This document shows, piece after piece, positions 7,801-12,616 of a DNA stretch of 12,616 bases (positions are counted from its first letter, which is position 1; each line of letters begins with the position of its first letter). Position numbers and translations under genes: made by a program. The stretch is from Candidatus Hodarchaeota archaeon (lineage in GTDB: Archaea > Asgardarchaeota > Heimdallarchaeia > Hodarchaeales > Hodarchaeaceae). Under the pieces are notes generated by a model that was not told the origin of the DNA, did no database searches, and saw only the letters and a program-made list of their open reading frames with translations. The stretch spans positions 1 to 12,616 of the forward strand of contig JAEOTM010000044.1 of the NCBI GenBank assembly GCA_016839815.1, given 5' to 3'.

Positions 7801-9022
7801 CATTTATCACATTGACTCAAGTAAGGAAGATCCATTTAATCTAAAAGAAATTCATTCCAAGGTCACTCTAGCAAATAAACGGTTAAAATCGGTTGTATCG
7901 GAATCTATTCGGACTCTGCTAGAAGAATTTGAAAACAATCTCCCTGATCTACAGTCCTCTTTTGATGCAATCCATGGCCAATCGGAAGAGGATTTAACCA
8001 AAGCAATTGAAGAATTGACTGACATAATTTCCAGCTTTCAAATGACCCTTACAACAGATCTTCACAATTATCTTAATGAGGAAAGAGAGCAGTTAGATTT
8101 TTCAGAATTGAGAGATAGCTTAAAAGCGGTTACAGAAGGTTTCAACAAAGAATCAACAACGAATGTTGAACAACTCTCTCTTGATTTTACCGATAGTATC
8201 CAACGCGCCATTAATGAGGTTAACAAATCGCGAGAAGATATTCAGTCCATTTTAACAAATTTAACGGAATCTATGAAAGGGAGTGGTACAGAAACTACTG
8301 TTCATTTAACCTCTATAAAAACCGACCTCAGTTCTAAAGTGGATGGATTGAGTAGTGATTTCTCAAAAAATATATCCAAGGACTTAGAATCTTATAATAA
8401 CGAAATTAAAAAGTCAATATTAGAAAATAAGGGAAATATGACTAAATTCATTCAATCAATTAATTCAGAGATAGAAAGATACCTCTCGGATTTTTTAAAC
8501 AGGACTAATGAAATACTTACTGGGCTTAAGGATTCGCACGCTGAACAAACAGAGATTTTGGGTGCCTTGGAAGCTGAACTAGCTGGTAGGGAATCTATCT
8601 CATATTTACGACTATTAAAATTATCCTCAAATAACGCAATTAATGAATACCTAATAGAATATATAAAAAACGCTTCTAAACAGGTTACATTGTATATGGC
8701 TGACCCTACTATTCTATCAACCACTGATCTGAAAAGTGTGCCTTCTGAAAAACGGATCTGGATTTTTACGAGTTATGATTTTAGTAAAAAAGGTAAAAAA
8801 TGGTTCAATGAGATTGGAAAACAAGTGAACATTAATTTACGTAAATCTAAGGGAACAGGAAGAATTTCCGGAATATTAGCAGTCAGAGATGAAGATCAAG
8901 CTATAGTTCTACCTGAAGATGTAGGATTTACTACATTCGATAGTAAATTTGTTAACTATCTGTTAAATTTGCTCAATCTGCTAAAGGGGTCGTCTCTCAG
9001 ATTGAATAAAGAATCTACTTGA
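4841..9022 (+). CDS. Giant TrmB-architecture protein: N-terminal winged HTH, ~1190-aa amphipathic helical/coiled-coil region, C-terminal inactive PLD-like (TrmB C-terminal-type) domain
   Basis: The N-terminus LKKSETKILNTLVSFGSQTKHDL...ALAELNKKGYI...SATLP follows the TrmB wHTH pattern. The C-terminus INEYLIEYIKNASKQVTLYM...RIWIFT...INLRK...LAVRDEDQAIV follows the TrmB/PLD-like pattern without an HKD motif. The middle is E/Q/K/S/L-rich and Pro-poor. No Walker A or LSGG motif was found, so it is not an SMC ATPase. Confidence 0.75.
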   Translation: MTTPEISFTLKKSETKILNTLVSFGSQTKHDLILISEVQEEKADQALAELNKKGYIHIDAETELVSATLPVSTLIKMLTGNMDQIESVREGYKGEYQHSKNSVEEALKRFQETVDEGFKTLQTQNLELDASLKESIEGKDKLNQTQIEEMVDQVVTSMNTKIAETQNSIQANISEGIGNLDKHWSRATDEFQNLPDSGTRSLKKSISKYEKELNEIVKISVEKINSIQNQFNELLEVIESESVSRIQEFYSTTDTVANDLKSNLSTGLQESRKHEKEFVNDVSQHIRSSLEKDILNALKVVIADLSKEIDKDINEALKLVVDQTDKAINESSEQMKTEFTEFTENAKELIKEQKVSLDVLETEVSELSTEQKLESVRELFLSQLQAAQTTELNQLESSFRNTQKSVLDLVESLRSSAKAKLTQQGSEFEGLIKKYSDLIDQSVNRKKTDITKLQHLSQSIEQLLRNLLVSIPMRTNQFRISLKESLEGTNKGLQEEFAESTGSSISKIFKTLNDTQQRIESLTNETLDESRNEIQKVIASSDQFQENTATLQEDYLSKVQNRFDQRAKVMNTELDAITRNFQQLLEGIESGVGGIHSRLTSEGVTNISAVETSLQSKLTQLRSEISTVFTQSQVEAQEFVNSLNENLQTHLDRTLNVIKEGFSQVKSEYNLELTNQLEQLSTKNKNQQDALIETIEAFSEKASFSDFKTNLEKTLEENQSNLNEFIVENRSNLDEVFSLQKENITKYQEKGPTDILGFINQIQSDAASQNKNLKEAMEQLLSYHGSFSDSTNAEVSTLLRQVHESGDKLKSILNESLQAMLTNLNRTSENIDLYYSDTLTELENQLGVASGFVSSEIEASFQSIRTEIDTLKDELESTVEQLNADLKGVVSKSDQEFKSNIPEITEQFSSAFDELVEEKNTSNAELQDTISDNMTDFMSSYSSQVSSIRSKLQDLLTQFNKAIESNIENLDVIVETNIKQALKRIESIYHIDSSKEDPFNLKEIHSKVTLANKRLKSVVSESIRTLLEEFENNLPDLQSSFDAIHGQSEEDLTKAIEELTDIISSFQMTLTTDLHNYLNEEREQLDFSELRDSLKAVTEGFNKESTTNVEQLSLDFTDSIQRAINEVNKSREDIQSILTNLTESMKGSGTETTVHLTSIKTDLSSKVDGLSSDFSKNISKDLESYNNEIKKSILENKGNMTKFIQSINSEIERYLSDFLNRTNEILTGLKDSHAEQTEILGALEAELAGRESISYLRLLKLSSNNAINEYLIEYIKNASKQVTLYMADPTILSTTDLKSVPSEKRIWIFTSYDFSKKGKKWFNEIGKQVNINLRKSKGTGRISGILAVRDEDQAIVLPEDVGFTTFDSKFVNYLLNLLNLLKGSSLRLNKEST

Positions 9023-9036
9023 AGCTGGGAATAGAT

Positions 9037-10857
9037 TTAGATTCTAATAATACCAAAAAGGCTTGCTTTCCTCAAAGTCTCTAAAGTGACTAAACCATTG
9101 GAATTCAACCCTTTTTCTTTATAATATGAATTCAATAGTTCATTTTGGATCTTGAAGAAGTCACTTTGTCCTTCAATATATCGCGAAAAAACGTCATTAG
9201 AGGATGTTAATCCAGATCGTGTATTGAAAAGACGTTCAAGTAGCGTTATTCTATTTCCAATCTCAAGAATATTGTCAGTTGATCCACTAGAGGATACTAG
9301 GTGTTGAATTATTTGCGCTAGTTGTGAATCATTCAGAATAAGTTTATCAAACAGTCTTTTTGGTATATGTTCCATAAGAAATGCGGAAAATTTCGATGGT
9401 AAATTCCTAAAAACAAGATTAGACTTCAAGAATATCGGTATAAAACGAGGACATAAGATTAGTGAGTCTAAAACTGCATATAAATTTTCAAATAACATCA
9501 ATAGACGGATTTTTCCATTTAGGGTCTTAGGTGAGAGACGAAATGGAAATCCAAGGCATTCTGGATAAATCAGACCACTAGTTTTGTTATGAATTGCTCC
9601 ATATTGAGCAGAACTGAGCTCCATACTCAATGCTGGACAATTGGGGAAGTAAAACATCCCTGGCATTTGGTTTTTTATCATTGGGGAAGGTTCGCTGGTT
9701 TGTTTATAGAGATAATTCTCACTCCGAGCCAGCTGGTCGCCTAATCCCTTTTTCTGAACGATATCCTCAATTAATGAATAAATTTGTCTTTCTCCCAGAT
9801 TATACCCTAGATTAATATTCAGAAGTTTTCGTTTGTCTTCCTGAATTTGAAATAATGATGCTAAAGCTGCACCTGTTGATATAGGATCAAGTCCTTCTTC
9901 ATCACACTTTTCTATGGCCTTTTGAATAGATTTGTGATCCAATAACTTAAGATTTGGGCCTAATGCAATGAAGTTTTGATAGGAGTTTCTTTCACATTTA
10001 ACAGGACATTGCCAGCAATTAAAGGGTTTACCATACCCATGAAATGAGGAAACCTGATCTGTTTGTAGTAGAAGTTCGCGGGTACAATTTTTTGTTGGAA
10101 TGACATGTGCCTGAATCATCGAATAGATGGTCGAGAATGTACCTTGAGACTGTAGCATATTAGACCATGGGTGGGTCTGAAGTATTGATTGAAATCTTGA
10201 AAACTCATCTTCATTGAATCCATTAAGGTCCCGAGGAGTTGGGGGCTCCGTAAACACAATTGCTTTTATGTTTTTAGATGCAAGAACACTTCCTAATCCT
10301 CCACGGTGGAAATGATGAACCTTATCAACTACAACACCCGAATAAGTAACTTGATTTATGGCTGCGGGACCAATACAGGCAATACATGAGTCCTGGCCAT
10401 ACTTCTCTCTCAATTCCCGATCAGTTGCATTGATAGATTTTAACCAAAATTGAGATGCAGTTTCTAGGGAAATATCAGCGAACTCATCGATTACAATGTA
10501 TTGAGGAGATTTAGCCTGTCCAGTAATCTGAAGAAAGTCATTTCCAGTATGCTTTAAGTACGCTCCAAAATAACCTGTACTTGTAGCGGTACATAGTGTA
10601 TTCGTATGAGGTGATTTAAAAGTAGCTATAGCTGTACCAGAGGAAGGAAATGTCGATCCAGTTAATACTCCTGTTCCAAAAATAATGTTATTTCCTGAAC
10701 CGCGGGGACTTGTGTCAACAGGAATGGATTCATAGCTTAAATATACCGCAATTCCTCTTCCTCCTAAAAATGTGTCAACAATTTTAGGGTTAATTGTTTT
10801 TTTTGGTATAACTTTATTTTCTGTCAGATCCAGGCTGATGAGAGTTGGAGAATACAT
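9037..10857 (-). CDS. Aldehyde:ferredoxin oxidoreductase (AOR/WOR, tungstopterin) family protein, divergent active site
   Basis: Motifs FLGGRG, FGTGVLTG, KSPHT, CIGPA, RGGLGSVLASKNIKAI, CWQCPVKC plus DSLILC (four 4Fe-4S Cys), CDEEGLDPISTG, IGNRITLLERLFN and YYKEKG...G...ETL. The 606-aa length is full size. Confidence 0.9.
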   Translation of the reverse strand: MYSPTLISLDLTENKVIPKKTINPKIVDTFLGGRGIAVYLSYESIPVDTSPRGSGNNIIFGTGVLTGSTFPSSGTAIATFKSPHTNTLCTATSTGYFGAYLKHTGNDFLQITGQAKSPQYIVIDEFADISLETASQFWLKSINATDRELREKYGQDSCIACIGPAAINQVTYSGVVVDKVHHFHRGGLGSVLASKNIKAIVFTEPPTPRDLNGFNEDEFSRFQSILQTHPWSNMLQSQGTFSTIYSMIQAHVIPTKNCTRELLLQTDQVSSFHGYGKPFNCWQCPVKCERNSYQNFIALGPNLKLLDHKSIQKAIEKCDEEGLDPISTGAALASLFQIQEDKRKLLNINLGYNLGERQIYSLIEDIVQKKGLGDQLARSENYLYKQTSEPSPMIKNQMPGMFYFPNCPALSMELSSAQYGAIHNKTSGLIYPECLGFPFRLSPKTLNGKIRLLMLFENLYAVLDSLILCPRFIPIFLKSNLVFRNLPSKFSAFLMEHIPKRLFDKLILNDSQLAQIIQHLVSSSGSTDNILEIGNRITLLERLFNTRSGLTSSNDVFSRYIEGQSDFFKIQNELLNSYYKEKGLNSNGLVTLETLRKASLFGIIRI

Positions 10858-11053
10858 TTCAGCTTGCCATTCACCATTAGTTGGTCCAATGTTAACTCTT
10901 ACTAGAGAATTTCTTTAAGTTCCTAATTTTAGTTAAATATTCTTTATAGGGATAATATTCAAGGCTCTCAAAGTATTTTTTTTGAGTGAGTATTATTCGT
11001 GGTTATTGAGAGTTTTTCGTAAGTTTTTCTAAAGAAATTGTGAGGAACATTAC

Positions 11054-11060
11054 TTATATA
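11054..11060 (+). promoter_or_regulatory. Putative TATA box for the surface-protein gene
   Basis: TTATATA lies about 55-60 nt upstream of the ATG at 11115, in the AT-rich divergent intergenic region 10858-11114. SD-like GGTGG words occur at 11097 and 11117. Confidence 0.3.
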
Positions 11061-11114
11061 ACTTCTATATTGAATAGGTCATTAGTTTTTTCTAAAGGTG
11101 GATTGGATTTAAAG

Positions 11115-12616
11115 ATGGTGGGTAACTTAGATTTGAAGGTAAATTGGACCAATAAAATAATTTTTATTATTAGTGTTATTTTCCTAATCCTTAGTTCATT
11201 ATTTTTTCTAAATAGTCCATTTCTTGATTTTAGATTTGTTTCAAACTATCAGAAGGTTAACTTTGCTGATTACACATGGCAGCAGAATATGAGCTCTTTT
11301 CAAAATTGGAACCAATTAAATAATGACCCGAATTTTGATATAGATGGGGATGGAGGTCTAAATTATAATATAACAGTAGATTCTTCTTTTGGAATAAATG
11401 CATGGACCCCCGAAGGATTCATTAATCGAACTGGATTTTGGGACTCCGGAGCATCCGATTACCGTTATGCAGGTTTACATAGGACTGAAATTCATTTACA
11501 AGATCCAGAATGGGAGGTTATGTCCAAGATTATATTTGATTCAGAATTTCAAGGAGCTACTTATTCTGCTGCAGGAGGTATACGAATTGCTATCTATAAT
11601 GAGAACTATGACATTATGTTATATGCTATGGTAGCTGATGGAGCAGGTTCATCCAATTCACACAGGATCTATGGACGTTTCGCTTTTTATGATGAGACGG
11701 GCACAGATAATTTAATAATCGATACAGAACGCCAAGAATCAGATGTTGATATCAATGACGATTATTTTGGCATTAAATGTGATGGGAGTAATAATTTTTA
11801 CGTCTATTTTCCAGATGAAATCTTAGATGGAAATGGTTGGCGATTAGCGACGTCTCGAAGTAATGCTTTGTCACGAGGAACCCCTACTTACCTCGTGTTA
11901 AAGTGGCATGAACGTTATGAAGCACCCATAGATTTACATGTTACAAATATCAATTTCTCGTCCTCTGTTGGGTCTACACCCCTACCTGAGGCGGGGTCTT
12001 GGGTACAAGAAATGAAAACCCTGGCTAACTGGACACAAATGAATGGTGATCCGAACTTTGACCCTACCTCGTCTGGTGAATCTTTTTCATATAATGTTGA
12101 GGTAGATTCATCTTTTGAGACTAGTGCGTGGGCTCCTGAGGGTTTTGTAACTCGTACGGAGTTTTGGGAATCTGGACCAACATACAATGTTTATGCTGGT
12201 CTATATAGAAGGGAGATCCATCTAAAGGATTCAGAATGGGAAGTGCTTACCCAGATCATATTTAATTCTGAATACCAAGGTAGTACATATTCTGCCTCGG
12301 GAGGTATCCAAATAGCTGTGTATAATGAGAACTATGACATTATGTTATATGCTCTGGTAGCTGATGGAGCAGCTTCATCCAATTCGCACAGAATCTATGG
12401 ACGTTTCGCATATTTTGATGAGACGGGCACAGATGATTTAATAATTGATACAGAACGTCAGGAATCAGATATTGATATTAATAATGATTATTTTGGTATT
12501 AAATGTAATGGGAGTAGCAATTTTTATGTCTATTTTCCAGATGAAATTTTGGATGGAAATGGTTGGCGATTAGCGACGTCTCGAAGTAATGCTTTGTCAC
12601 GAGGAACCCCTACTTA
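11115..12616 (+). CDS. 3'-truncated secreted or membrane-anchored glycoprotein with tandem ~241-aa beta-sandwich (probably ConA/LamG-like) domains
   Basis: Absent from the ORF track, probably because there is no stop before the window end. Hand translation from ATG 11115 (alternative TTG at 11133) gives about 500 stop-free codons: MVGNLDLKVNWTNKIIFIISVIFLILSSLFFLNSP (signal peptide or TM), then W/Y/F/G/N/D-rich domains ...YAGLHRTEIHL...GGIRIAIYNENYDIMLYAMVADG...YFGIKCDGSNNFYVYF... repeated in frame. Confidence 0.88.
   Translation, partial: MVGNLDLKVNWTNKIIFIISVIFLILSSLFFLNSPFLDFRFVSNYQKVNFADYTWQQNMSSFQNWNQLNNDPNFDIDGDGGLNYNITVDSSFGINAWTPEGFINRTGFWDSGASDYRYAGLHRTEIHLQDPEWEVMSKIIFDSEFQGATYSAAGGIRIAIYNENYDIMLYAMVADGAGSSNSHRIYGRFAFYDETGTDNLIIDTERQESDVDINDDYFGIKCDGSNNFYVYFPDEILDGNGWRLATSRSNALSRGTPTYLVLKWHERYEAPIDLHVTNINFSSSVGSTPLPEAGSWVQEMKTLANWTQMNGDPNFDPTSSGESFSYNVEVDSSFETSAWAPEGFVTRTEFWESGPTYNVYAGLYRREIHLKDSEWEVLTQIIFNSEYQGSTYSASGGIQIAVYNENYDIMLYALVADGAASSNSHRIYGRFAYFDETGTDDLIIDTERQESDIDINNDYFGIKCNGSSNFYVYFPDEILDGNGWRLATSRSNALSRGTPT
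11277..11999 (+). repeat. Intragenic tandem domain repeat, copy 1 (723 nt, 241 aa)
   Basis: WQQNMSSFQNWNQLNNDPNFD... at 11277 aligns with WVQEMKTLANWTQMNGDPNFD... at 12000. The offset is 723 nt, becoming 726 nt after a one-codon indel. Confidence 0.92.
12000..12616 (+). repeat. Intragenic tandem domain repeat, copy 2 (truncated by window end)
   Basis: 12321-12616 matches 11595-11890 with about 22 mismatches in 296 nt by hand count. The last 65 nt (12552-12616) are identical to 11826-11890. Confidence 0.92.

Noticed and set aside
8860-8910. Active phospholipase D or nuclease
   Set aside because: The HxKxxxxD position reads SGILAVRD, with His and Lys absent, as in non-catalytic TrmB C-terminal domains.
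4841-9022. SMC/Rad50 chromosome-partition ATPase, or phage tape-measure protein
   Set aside because: No Walker A/B, LSGG signature, hinge or CxxC hook was found. There are no phage genes nearby, and the termini match TrmB-type domains.
2253-9815. Short ORFs 2253-2444, 3243-3461, 4479-4721, 5689-5946, 7266-7451, 8452-8724 and 9630-9815
   Set aside because: All lie wholly antisense within well-supported long genes and show no motifs, so they are probably spurious.
9037-10857. AOR pseudogene
   Set aside because: The frame is intact and full length with Fe-S cysteines and structural motifs retained, so it is divergent rather than decayed.
11091-11150. Short imperfect direct repeats (AAGGTGGATTGGA / AAGGTAAATTGGA; TTGGATTTAAAG / TTAGATTTGAAG) near the surface-protein start
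   Set aside because: They are too short and degenerate in AT-rich DNA to separate from chance, and there is no repeat-spacer structure of a CRISPR array.
11398-11634. 78-aa plus-strand ORF from the track
   Set aside because: It is an out-of-frame shadow inside the long ORF starting at 11115, whose frame is supported by the in-frame domain duplication.
11915-12187. 90-aa minus-strand ORF from the track
   Set aside because: It is antisense to the surface-protein gene and has no recognisable features.
11277-12616. Diversity-generating retroelement TR/VR pair
   Set aside because: Mismatches between the copies are not adenine-specific (many C/T third-position changes, plus G/C and T/A). Both copies are in-frame domains of one ORF, and no reverse transcriptase is present in the window.

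Overview
AT-rich archaeal-type window. The gene content points by inference to an Asgard archaeon (Heimdall/Hod/Loki-like); no marker gene is present to confirm this. From left to right: (1) the 3' end of a ThiF/MoeB (E1-like) gene with a TBP-like C-terminal domain; (2) a compact, apparently complete tripartite DENN protein resembling folliculin/SMCR8/C9orf72, closely followed by an uncharacterised coiled-coil/HTH protein; (3) a DegT/DnrJ/EryC1/StrS aminotransferase on the minus strand, divergent from yggS; (4) a 1393-aa TrmB-architecture protein whose wHTH and PLD-like ends are separated by about 1190 aa of hendecad-type helix; (5) an aldehyde:ferredoxin oxidoreductase-family gene on the minus strand with a degenerate active site; (6) a secreted or membrane-anchored protein missing from the ORF track, which runs off the right edge and contains a tandem ~241-242-aa beta-rich domain duplication with a sharp identity step. 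No RNA genes, CRISPR arrays or mobile elements were seen. All family calls come from motif recognition by eye, not from database searches.
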